Both the position numbers and the translations under genes were made by a program. A DNA stretch of 64,000 nt from NCBI GenBank assembly GCA_049724395.1, contig JAUGWO010000009.1, positions 124,001-188,000 of the forward strand, in the 5' to 3' direction. The notes beneath the pieces are model-generated. The model was not told the DNA's origin. It searched no databases and worked only from the letters and a program-made list of their open reading frames with translations. This document shows positions 46,864 through 57,936 of the stretch, one piece after another (position 1 is the stretch's first letter; each line of letters opens with the position of its first letter). Origin of the DNA: Spongospora subterranea f. sp. subterranea (lineage: Eukaryota).

Positions 46864-48096
46864 TTAAGACCAATCATCATCAGCGTCTGTATCGGATTCA
46901 TTAACAATGCTGTATCGGAATACTTGCCTTCTTTCGCTGATCTGCTGGCGAAACATCATTTCCTGAATGGCGTTCTTATCTACGAGCAGTTCGGTATCGC
47001 TGTCGTACATGACGCCAACTGCCTCTGCAATATGCTCTGCAGAGTAACCTCTGTGACGCAATAAGGTTTCGTATGCTTTGACCTACAAATTAACAAATAA
47101 ATAATGAATCTCACGAATGTCGAATACGTGAAACTGCTGACCTCTGCAGTAACATGCCTCTCTAGATTTTGGACTTCGAGATGCGAATCAACTGGAGCAA
47201 CAATGGCCCGGCCCCTGCTAAAAAACAGGGTCAGCATCGGGAGAACGAGCAATCAAAATAGCTACAAACCGGATGCATAAGCTGCTGCGGGAGGAGGCTT
47301 GGCTTACGGGATTTGGACATTGTCGGCTGACCACCAGATGAGAAGGACCCTCAGGACGCCTGTGATCAGCCTGCTTTGCAGACGCAGAGGCGACATGGTT
47401 TTGGCCAGGTTCGACAGCCATGAGCAGTTGCCGTCCTCGTTGCTCTTCCAAGACGAGCCGGATTTTGGCAACGTCATCGATTCCAAATGTAAGTTTCAGT
47501 AACGCATCTTCATTCAGGCGTTGACGATCTGTTGATTCGTCCTTTTTTGATAAGCTTCTAATTGACGCCTTGCGCACGGCTTCAGTGGCTTTGGACAGAC
47601 GAAATTTGCGAGTTTCTCTTAACCTTTCCTTGACGAGATTATTCCTCAATTCTGGGCAATGTCGCGATAGAAGAACTGCCTTAGACGCTGCTCGCTGCCA
47701 CGCTTCCCGCCTTCGTTCCCAAAAAGGTTGGTTTTGAACGTAAGAAAGCCGCTCTTCAAACCTGCATTGCATCTGATCAAGTGATGGCGCAGAATAGTCC
47801 CGTACTGGTTCATCATTCAAGTTTGCGACAAAGGATGATGTAAGACGATTTTTAGTCTCAGATCTTCCTTGATAGTAGATCGGTGTTTGTAATCTAGGTT
47901 TTAGACGTCTTTCATGGCCCGAACATATGTTTTGTAGCGATCCACCATTAAATGGTTGGATCGCGAAGTCCCACCTTTCATCAATTTCACCTTCGCGATT
48001 GGGGTTTGAGTAAACTCGATTCGACCTTGGCCTAGTTCCATTGCCTAGTCCAAATTCCTCCGGGTCAAACACACTGGAGAATGGCTCCCATTCCAT
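46864..48096 (-). CDS. Hypothetical protein, multi-exon, charged/coiled-coil
   Basis: A long ORF from MEWEPFSS plus a terminal exon ending DTDADDDWS. No family recognised. Confidence 0.5.
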
Positions 48097-48286
48097 GATG
48101 AAACAGCTCGTGGGACGCTGAGATATACACACGTAGGTACCGCGATCAGGGCTACGCCAATGTCATCCTGCCAAAGTGGCGCGATGTGACTGTGTACACA
48201 CTGCGTACTGCGTAGCGCCATCTCTTGGACGGTAGGCTTGTGCCTTGTAGTGCTGCAAAGCAGCGTCTGCAGCACAGCCGAGTGTG

Positions 48287-48790
48287 AATCATTCCACTTC
48301 GGCACCGACCTCAAAACTCGCCAAACATGCTCGAAGGAGAACGATGTTTTTTGGGGGGCGATTCCTTATACAGCAGGAGCGCCTTGGACATCATGTCGTC
48401 GTCGTTGGTGCCGCTTTTATTCAGGTCTTTGACTGCGCCGTAAGCTCCAACAAACTTCGACACATCGTGCTGGATAGTGTTCCTTTTCGATTGCAGCGGC
48501 CGGGTCAACCGGCGAGCATTTTTCGTCCACTCCGCTGTGCTCATTGAAGTGTTCCTCCACGCGGTCCCAGAACGTGTCCGATTTGTGTCCCGTGACTCCC
48601 GTCCCCTTGGCTGGATCCTGAGAAATGTTCAGCCACGACGTAGCCAACTGCGTTTCCTCTTTGAGCGAAAAAAATTCACTCCACGTTGACGCTTAACCGA
48701 TCCCATTGGGCGATTTACAGTTGCTGTTTGACGACGGAAAACTGACGCAGTTTACAGTTCCTTGGGACGGATTTTCGTCAACTGTAATAT
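48287..48790 (-). mobile_element. Inverted partial copy of the same Harbinger Myb-like region
   Basis: Reverse-complement match to about 48880-49310, with the same peptides on the minus strand. Confidence 0.9.
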
Positions 48791-48804
48791 ATTTTCCGTT
48801 TTCA

Positions 48805-49993
48805 GGTCATCTCCACCGCAGAACTGTAAACTCCGCAATCGGACCCCACCGCCCGACTAAAAATGAAAAAAAAACATTTTACAGTTGACGGAAAATCCGT
48901 CCCACGGAACTGTAAACTGCGTCAGTTTTCGGTCGTGAAACAACAACTGTAAAAATCGCCCAATGGGATCAGTCAAGTGTCAACGTGGAGTGAATTTTTC
49001 TCTTGTGGCTGAACATTTCCCAGGATCCCGCCAAGGGGACAGGACAGAAATCTGACACGTTATGGGACCGCGTGGATGAACACTTCAATGAGCACAGCGG
49101 GGAAGACGAAAATAATCGCCGGTCGTCCCGGTCGCTGCAATCGAAATGGAACACTATCCAGCACGATGTGTCGAAGTTTGTTGGCATCAACGACAGACGA
49201 CATGATGTCCAAGGCGCTCCTTCTGTATAAGGAATCGCACCCCAAAAAGGCATCGTTCTCCTTCGAGCATGTTTGGCGAGTTTTGAAGTCGGTTCCGTAG
49301 TGGAATGATTTACGATCTAAACCAGACACGCCGTCCAGACCCCCGAAGTTAAAACTCAACCTAAACGACGACGTCGTGGAAGTTGAAGCATCCGAGGCCT
49401 CCAGCTCTTGCCGACCAATTGGAGCAAAGGCGGCACAAATGCAGAAGAATGTAGCCGTCGCAAAACACACAGTCAGCGGCATCTTTGGCGCTGGCTCAGG
49501 TAAAGAAGGCCGATGCATTTGAGCTGCCAGCTCAAATTGCTCTGTTCACAACGGAAATCGGGGAATGGACCAGCAGACCCAGCAAATTTTTTGATTAGCC
49601 CGCGCCAAGACGCTTACGAAGAGGCAAAAACAAGCAATTTACAAAACGTAATCAACAAATTGACAAAGATGATGACGAAAACAACGTCTCTGGCTACAAC
49701 GCTGACGGCGGCTGACATAATAAAGAACATTTTGATAATGTGTAGTGTTCTTCGTGAGGCGCGCCAGCACTGTCTTCACGAATCTACCAGATTATACAGT
49801 TGTGGTTTGCGTCATGCGCGCTGCGGTTTTTTCAAAGGGAACTTCAAAAGTTTTTTTTTCGACGGACCTTTGGAACTTAATCTCCGATACAGTCGTATAG
49901 TCTTGCAGTGGAGACTCTCTTAGTCGTGCAGTGGGGTAAATTAATGTTATCAGAAACTGTTGCGGAGTTTACAGTTCTGCGGTGGAGATGCTC
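48805..49993 (+). mobile_element. Non-autonomous PIF/Harbinger element carrying a degenerate Myb/SANT-like (NAM-associated) gene
   Basis: TIRs GGTCATCTCCACCGCAGAACTGTAAACTCCGCAA and TTGCGGAGTTTACAGTTCTGCGGTGGAGATGCTC. Internal WLNISQDPAKGTGQKSDTLWDRV...SLQSKWNTIQ and FSFEHVWRVLK. No matching 3-bp TSD seen. Confidence 0.85.
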
Positions 49994-50064
49994 CTCTCCT
50001 GTATAACAATACTCCAAGATAAATATACACTTGAGTGTATTTACAAGTGACTCCGCACAGTGTC

Positions 50065-50196
50065 GGATCAATTTGGATCATTGGATCAATTTATATCATT
50101 GGATCAATCTGGATCAATTTGGATCATTGGATCAATTTATATCATTGGATCAATTTGGATCAATTTGGATCATTGGATCAATTTTGGATCAAATTT
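50065..50196. repeat. Degenerate GGATCA(A)TT(T) short-unit tandem repeat
   Basis: Mixed 8- and 10-bp units built on a GGATCA core. Confidence 0.9.
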
Positions 50197-50286
50197 GAAT
50201 CCCCCCGGTTAACTATGTAGGTAAATACTGTAAATTAGGTACTGTACACGAGAGGTCTTTCTATCAGTCGACTACCTGCGTGGCTT

Positions 50287-50955
50287 TAGGGGTGTCCACG
50301 GCTACGGCTAGCTACCAGTTAGCCGGCTGGCCGTCAGCTAGCCGGCTAGTTTCACGGACTTGCGTTTTACCGTGAGACAGTGCGGCTTGGCCGCCTTCCT
50401 TGACGCCTCTCGCGCATCGTCCGGCGGGCCAACCCATGCTGATGAGGTTGATGAATTTTTTAACTTCAGAAAAGGGCCAGGCGATACCTGTGACGACGTA
50501 TTGCAGTGGTGGGCTTCTATTGGCCAAAAGCGATTTCCAACAATTGCACTTCTGGCGCGTGACACTTTAATGTGCATTGGATCTTCTGTACCCTCAAAGA
50601 GCGCTTTTTCGGATAGCGGTCAGTTTGTAGTTCCCGACAGGTCACGCTTGAAGGATGACAATACGTCAATGATGATGAAGCTTCGGTCGTGGAACCGCTT
50701 GATGAATAATCAAAAACCCAGTATTGTACTTTTAAAAAAACAAGATTGTTCAACATTGCCTGAATAGCCGGCTAAGGCGAAATCTCTAGCCGGCTAAGGC
50801 GAAATCTCTAGCCGGCTAAGGCGAAATCTCTAGCCGGCTAAGGCGAAATCTCTAGCCGGCTAAGGCGAAATCTCTAGCCGGCTAAGGCGAAATCTCTAGC
50901 CGGCTAAGGCGAAATCTCTAGCCGGCTAGCCGTAACCGTAGCCGTGGACGGCTTG
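50287..50955 (+). mobile_element. Internally deleted hAT transposon retaining the C-terminal dimerisation domain
   Basis: DVLQWW...RFPTIALLARDTLMCIGSSVPSKSAFS...RSRL (hAT dimerisation domain). Imperfect TIRs TAGGGGTGTCCACGGCTACGG and CCGTAGCCGTGGACGGCTTG. Confidence 0.88.
50765..50928. repeat. Seven perfect 22-bp repeats TAGCCGGCTAAGGCGAAATCTC plus a partial copy (hAT subterminal array)
   Basis: Read directly. The palindromic core TAGCCGGCTA also occurs near the left TIR. Confidence 0.97.
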
Positions 50956-51138
50956 CTACCAGTCAACGGAGAGAAAGACCTCCCGTACTGTATACACGCT
51001 GACACGCATCAGTCTGGTTCATATCAGTTGAGCCCTAGACTTTCCCATATCAACCCTTGACCGCCAGGATGAATTATTTATACGCTTTTCAACTGCGTTT
51101 GCCACCATAGCAAGCGAACTGTGGAGCAGGTATCTTCC

Positions 51139-51241
51139 CGCCAGACGATGACGCTTTCGTGTCAGTCTTCGCAGCAGACGATGACGCTTTCGTGTTATCG
51201 TCGTTCTGCGAAGACTGACACGAAAGCGTCATCGTCTGGCG
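51139..51241. repeat. Perfect 36-bp hairpin with a 31-bp loop that repeats the arm
   Basis: CGCCAGACGATGACGCTTTCGTGTCAGTCTTCGCAG (51139-51174) pairs with 51206-51241. Confidence 0.95.
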
Positions 51242-51261
51242 CGAAGTTGATGAAGATAATT

Positions 51262-52090
51262 TCATTGATTTAGCAGGTGGGCCACGATATCAACATTATT
51301 TTTAGACTGTAGTAGAGCGAGTATCCCGCAATCTGTAGCCGGCCGACGCGTCGAGGCGTCTCGCGCCGAGATGGTTTTGATGTTAATCGAACCCGCGTTG
51401 CATAGGCTTGGTGTCATTTTGCAATTCGGGGATGCCGGATAATGTTCATCACACGAAGTAGGCAGAGTATATTCGTTTGATCGCAACCGCATCCTTGTCC
51501 TGTCAACCATTCAAGGGATCTTTTGAAGAGAAATATGATATAATGGATGGACTGACACTTTCAGTTCTGGATCTATGGCCGGATGAAGGAGTTGCTGACA
51601 TAATTTTTTTGTCATCAAAATGCAAACGCCATCTGCAAATCTTGTCGGTCAAGGAATGACGTTGGAGAGAAATCCCAGACTTGTCTGGAGAGTAAAGAAG
51701 AACCAGATTGCCATCAATGCACACTGTACAGCATGGTGGGCGGTTTATTTGTTTACTGACGCAAGTCATTTGTTCTGGTCGGTAATTATCACACAGGTGC
51801 CCAAAGAAGATTTAGTTTTGCCATTCAATGAACAAGCCCATGAGTCTCTTGCTTTTCCGAGTGGTGCCTTCGAAGGTTCGTCTTTGAAATGGTCTGTTCC
51901 TGAAAAGAAGCTTTTTTTGTTCAACAGACGGTTCAAGACTTCGATTATTTGCTGTGCGTTCTCGGCGATCCTTTTCATGCATTCATCAAGAATCGCAATC
52001 TGGTTTTTTTTTTACTCTCCCGACAAGTCTAGGATTTCTCTCCAGCGTCATTCCCTTGACAAGATTTGCAGATGGCGTTTGCGTGTACGC
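51262..52090. mobile_element. Gypsy RNase H/integrase fragments in opposite orientations; inverted repeat about 51622-51711 vs 51995-52082
   Basis: LFTDASHLFW...ITQVP...WSVPEK on the + strand. YSPDKS.ISLQRHSL.DKICRWRL appears on both strands. Resembles the family at 1-2120. Confidence 0.8.
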
Positions 52091-52372
52091 CCAGGCCTTG
52101 ACCGATAGTGTGGACCCCGGCTCAAGGCCTGTCTCTCTTTTTGATTGTCGTTATCATTATCACCTTATCGAGGTTTCGTCCAACTCCTAACAGATTGACT
52201 GTTAAGGTCCACAGAAGCTCAATGCTTGTTGATGTCTTAAAGCACCCGGCGCGCACAGCTGAGGAGGCAACGCTAACTGCCGCACGGTTTCTGGCCCATT
52301 CGGGTATTGAGATAACCAAGCTCGAAGACATCATCAAGCATTGAGTTTCTGTGGACCTTAACAGTCAATCTG

Positions 52373-53322
52373 TTAGGAGTTGGCGACCTTGGCGTCGACC
52401 GCCGCATTGGACCTATCCTGGTTCACGGCCAAGGCGTTGTCGTAGGCGTCGTGCTGGAAAGCGGTTCGATCTCGATGCGATAATCCGCCCCGATCCCATT
52501 CGACATGATCGACGTGGACGGCCGACGACCCCACGAGGTGTTCCCCGAACCCTATCGCCACCGATCCCCGTCTGGCCTTCCCTTGCGTCATCGGGTCGTG
52601 GCCTTTGTCGACCTGATTCGTGGTCAGGCCGGCTTCGGTCAACTGTGATTGGAGGATCGCGCCCGTATCTCGCTGACTCGATCCCCGTCCCGACCCAAAC
52701 CCCACGCTGCAACCGCCCGTAGCGCCATTTTGGCCAATCTTCGCTGACGCACTCTGATTTCCAGGCATTCCTCGATCGAACGTGATCATCGATCGATCCG
52801 CCACCTTCCCGTAATCGGATTGGTGTCCGACGCGCTCCTGGTTGAACCGGGACGAGTCGACCGATTGGTCGCCCTTCCATACGGGCCCCCGATCACGGCG
52901 CGCGACGATTCCCTCTCGGTGATGGCGCCCATTGCCTGGCCAGTGTCCCTTAGGGACGACGCGTGTCGAAAAACGTCGACGTGATCTTGGGCGATCGTGT
53001 TCCGCTCCCGCGATTCCAGCGCGTAATCGGATTGGGTTCCAGACGACACTGACGACAGTCCAGCTTCGTCCAGCGCATTGGACGCGATCGTCGCCGAGTT
53101 CTCCGGCGCCCCGATCGTGCCCAGATGGTTTTCTTGCCGACGAAGCGAACTGGAATCAGTTCGCCCCTCGTTGACGGCAGTTTCTGTCAGTCGCCCTCGC
53201 CTGAACCGATCCTGGAGCGCCTTCTCATCAGCGCCCGACGATAGCTGGGGCGAGATCATGGCGCTACTCACGGCCAGAGTGATCACCAACCCAACGACTG
53301 TGATGTGCTATCGCCCTCTCAT
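52373..53322 (-). pseudogene. GC-rich putative secreted protein, interrupted by an early TAG and a frameshift near 52800
   Basis: MRGR*HITVVGLVITLAVSSAMIS is signal-like, followed by two consecutive polar ORFs (52786-53289 and 52373-52804) with similar internal segments (LDEAGLSS / LTEAGLTT). Confidence 0.45.
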
Positions 53323-54339
53323 CTTCGATAGGTGAATGAGTTTCACCGAATTCGGTCGACACCCGATTGGGCCTTGATCGTGATATTGATAGACCCATAT
53401 TGATATCTGCCGATCGCCATTAGAACAAGGGGATTATCCACCAATAGATACAGAAAACAGACCGTCGTCGATTATTTATGGCCCACAATATTGGGGGCGC
53501 TCTGGGAACACCAGATGATGATTTGGTTTTGGAAGAAGGTTCTTGATTGACAAGGAACTGGTGTTGATCGTCGATAAAAGGAAGATGATCTCGCTGAAGA
53601 ACACCATTTTTTTTGCTGATTATTAATATTACAGGCAAAAGGTGATCCAAATTCCATTTGGAATTGCGATCTCGGTACCAGACGTCAGATTAACGATTGT
53701 GATCGTCGCCGTGATCGGGCACTGGTCAACTGTGTCGCCGTCCGAGTTGTGTTTGACCCCATCGCTATTGTATCAAAAAGCGATATGGTTTATTCGCCCC
53801 AGTTATATTGGTTGTGATGAATTCGACCAAAGCGACGGGTTTCAGACGTTGTCAGATGATCTGTAAATCGAACCGCACCCGCCTTTTCGTCGTAGTTTTA
53901 CTATAAAGAGCGAATCACCCCCTTGTTCATGATCAAAGGCAATGAGTGAGATTGATGACAAGTCGCTTTGGAGCAATTCGATCAGGGCGCCGCTCGCCAA
54001 AACAATCTTGAGTCAGGTAAAATATGAAGGACGAACACACGAAGGATATCAAATTTCAGATGGAAACTGCTGAAATCAAGAGCCAGTAGCCAGAATTACC
54101 CCCATTATCCAATGATACCTTCGTGTGTACAATGTTTCCTTCCGATATTAAAACCAATATTGTAAGTTGTATTCAGAGTTTTTTCCGATTCATACATTGC
54201 GTTGGTTTTCATGCTTATACCCCCTTTTTCGTCACAAGAAGCATCTGGAATTGTGAACCAATCACGACACCGATTACTTGTTAGAAATACGGAACAAACT
54301 ACCGACTCTATATAAGAAGATCGATGGCCATATTGTGGC

Positions 54340-55745
54340 GCTAAAACGTCCCGATCTCCTGACACGGGTCCAAACTAATACGCCATAGGGGACTATGCAT
54401 CTCGATCGCCGAAATGAGGTCAATTAGAGCGACGTCTGGAAAGACTTTAAGGTTGTAGCGCTTGAGTGTCGTTCCGTCAGCCGATCGAATAAACGGAAGG
54501 GGCTCTGACGTTATTAGGACCAAATTAGAGAGAGAGACAGAACAACGAGAACTTCGAACACGCAATGCTCAAGGTCGAATAGCACTTGTAAGACACTGTT
54601 TTCAAACACTACAATAAATGTGGTTGATAAGAATCAGAGATTCGTGATCGCGTCATTTCCATTATCTATTAAGTCGGGCAAGTATCAGATTGTTGCTTGT
54701 CGAAATTCTTTTAGAATACTCCACCAGTCAAACATATCTGTGAACATCGGAAGGCCACACAGTTGAACAATATTGGACAAGCTAGACGTTGCCATTTTTT
54801 ATTTTTGGTTGGCTAGTAAATGTTTCGATTTACTAGGTTGCCAGCGGATTTGTCCATCTTGGACCTTGCGGTGCAGAGTGCTCTCAGACACTTTAATCAG
54901 CAGCAGCAGCAGCAGCGAGGCGTATGATTGTTCCTCTTCGCCGCCACCCCAGCAAATTAAAGCATATACTCACCAACCACACCAAAACGGCCACGTGTAG
55001 AGTTTTGCTTGTCCAATAGCCCTCCAATGAATCAAAATGTTTGTTTACTGTAAACACATCGACGAGAAGTAACTTTACATCACCAAGATCAACCAGATCT
55101 AGTTTTTTTGTCCCGATGAGCCAGAACCACTCCGCTCGGTTTCAATCAAGCGATTCATTGAAAAAGAAACTTTTGTTTATTGCTGTGATCGCTCGATCAT
55201 GGTTTGACCACATTCGGAACCAGAAGTTCAACGGCTTAATTGGAATTGGGTCCCTTGGTCGAGGAGAATACTGTTTGGCGGCGAGCACCTAAAACGGATA
55301 TCAAAACCGGAAATCGGCTTGAATTTGAAAGGATATGAGGCTTTGCGATATCCGGTTGAGTGAGGATTGTCAAACTTGTTCTTCGACAAGGCCATTTTCT
55401 CGAATCGCAGGAATGACCTTGTCGATTAAATGTTCCAAAATCACCTCGGTCGTTGCGACGAAATATGTGTGGAGCAATGCCATGTTGCTCAAGTGCAAAT
55501 ACGTTGACGGCAATATGTTATGGCGTTGCGCCAAGTGTAATCGAAGTGTTTGCTCATGTAGAACGGCGCCATCATCGCATGTATTTTTGATCGGCACGAA
55601 ACTGATTCGTCGCGAAGCTGTACCAGGCTAGAAGCGGCGTTTTCGTTGAGAATGAATGCAGACATGAGAGAGCGAGATCGATGTGAATGAACAGACGGTG
55701 ATCGGACCCGCTGTGTCAAGAAAACTGCTGATGAAAACATCACTC
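54340..55745 (-). other. Possible fragmented or multi-exon hypothetical gene
   Basis: Several consecutive minus-strand open stretches with plausible GT/AG ends, but also stops. No family recognised. Confidence 0.25.
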
Positions 55746-56019
55746 TCCAAGTGTTTTGACGGCGAAGCAGGGCTTCATTTTTAGGGTGAGATCAAGCGAG
55801 AAAAAAACAGTATCATCCGTTCCGATGGCGGGGGTTTTCGACACCCTCTTGGTGACTACAACATTCGTTATTTTTGATCTTTCCCGTGGAAATCAAATCA
55901 CGACGCCAACCATGGTCAATGTGCAGAGCTGCGTCCTGATCTGTGCATTTGTCGTTTATTTGTTCCTGATCAATCTTCGAGGAAAAATGTTTGCCCGCGA
56001 ACCCTCTTAACCATCCGAC

Positions 56020-56385
56020 TCATGCGGCTTGCGGGGGTTCAACAGGAAAACTAAACCGTCGGCGACCGCCGTTCCTCATGGTTAGCATATAGGCGCTGAT
56101 CGCTGTCATCGATCCCAGATAGATAACCGCTCCCGCGACGACGGCGCGATCACGCGCCACCTCGTATCGGAACCGCTCCTTGGTGATTTGCGTCAATTCC
56201 TGATACAGTTCGCCTCGTTTATGCGGCAGCATTTCTGAGAACAGCCGCCGTTGTAGTCGAACCATCGAACTCATCATCGCCCAACACAGGTGTAATTCGG
56301 AAGTGATCAATTCCGATGAATCCAATTTGTGCGACGACGGAAAAAAGACCTTCCGATCTTGATCGGCATTAGCAAACTGCATCAC
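56020..56385 (-). CDS. Small hypothetical protein with one C-terminal hydrophobic segment
   Basis: 121-aa ATG ORF containing AVVAGAVIYLGSMTAISAYMLTM. Confidence 0.4.
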   Translation of the reverse strand: MMQFANADQDRKVFFPSSHKLDSSELITSELHLCWAMMSSMVRLQRRLFSEMLPHKRGELYQELTQITKERFRYEVARDRAVVAGAVIYLGSMTAISAYMLTMRNGGRRRFSFPVEPPQAA

Positions 56386-56408
56386 ATAATACAGAACGGG
56401 AAAAGCGT

Positions 56409-57635
56409 TTATTTTTTGTTTTCATCCTTCTTCTTTGGCTGGTTGTTTTGTGACTGTTTCTGTTCCTCGTCACGCATCGCGGCGTCGAACGAGCTGATAA
56501 CGTCGGTGGCATTTAGGTTGGCCTTGTCTTCATCAGGCAGGCTGTCGATTACGCTTTGGATAAAGGCGGGATCGTGCAACGCCGAATCAATCTGGTCGTT
56601 GGTCACGGATGGGTTGGCGTCGGCGGATGGCTGCATTGACATGGCGATTGCTTGGGCAATCATGGATTCTTCGTCGTCAACGGCCATTGGAACAGGTTCC
56701 GCTGGCGCTGTCACGTTGGTGTCCGATGCGGCTTGTTGAGCAGCGTTGGCTGCATTTTCGGCAGCCGCCACCCGTTGTCGCTCCTCTTCCAATGACATTC
56801 GAATGGCCATTGCCAGTTCTGGGTCCATTCCAGCGGCATCCACCATATCTTGTGCACCCTAAAAAACGAAGATCGGCAACCGCAAAATTAATGTGTGAAT
56901 CTCTTAGTTGATACCATTCCAGGTTGACCGCCTTCCGACATTATTGCAGATAATACCATGTCGGATAGGTTATGAGGGCCAGGAGGAACATTCACGAGGT
57001 GACTGGAATCGGACGAATTCACCGATGCCACGAACGCATCGAGAATCTCGCGGTTATCATTGGAGTTGTTCTCGAAGCCGAAATTAATAACATCCACGTT
57101 GACATTATTTTTTCTTCAGTTGCTTTCCCAATCGGACAAGGTCTTTTGCCTGGGCCTCAATCTGAAAACCGGATATGAAAAACGATTCGAAACGACTGTA
57201 AGGAACAACTATATTGTAAATTTACCGGACTTCCAACAAACAGGATAATACGTTGCTGTTGGTGTTTGTTGGATCTGTTTTTTAGACAGAGCTGAGCTGT
57301 CATTATTCCGGCAATGAAGTCGCTTTTGCCACCGACTTTGACGGACTGGACACTGCTCATGACTTTCCCCAAATCGCGACTTGGTGTCACCAAAATATCT
57401 ATCCTGCTGCCGGCCATACACAATACGCCAACCGCATTCTCCTCGTTAGCTTGGGTCTTCATCGAGCATATATAGTTGACAGCTTCGGTTTGCGCCGCCA
57501 TACGTGTTGGGGGGTAATCCCCATTGCGAACCCAATCGGAATTATCAACGCTAACGAACAGACACAGGTCATGGACGAGATTTCGGGCTCTTTCGAATGC
57601 GATACTGACCATACAATAACCGCTTCCAACACCAT
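56409..57635 (-). CDS. RPN10: 26S proteasome non-ATPase subunit Rpn10/S5a (vWA plus UIM), three introns
   Basis: MVLEAVIVC|VDNSDWVRNGDYPPTR..AQ, QRIILFVGSP, VDVINFG, SHLVNVPPGP, MDPELAMAIRMSLEEER, AIAMSM. Confidence 0.96.
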
Positions 57636-57936
57636 TTTCGACGATCACAAAACGACTTTGATAATAAACTGTTATGAACCGGTGCACAAAGTATTAACTG
57701 ACACAGAGAAGTGCGCTGATGGCAGTCGCGCAACTGTTGCAGATGCGACTGGATAAGCGACTGCGCATTTTATTTATGCGCACATCGGCAGAGAGGGCAC
57801 CCCGTTTCCAAGATTTCACTTTGGTTTTACAGAGACCAAATAGGCTGGCTTGAGGTCAAATAAATTGAAATATCGACATGAGCAGCGACATCACGCTTTG
57901 CAAAAAAAGAATGGTGTGATTATGCAGCATGTGCCT

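Noticed and set aside
50765..50928. CRISPR or telomeric repeat
   Set aside because: There are no spacers, the array lies inside hAT termini, and it shares its core with the left subterminal region.
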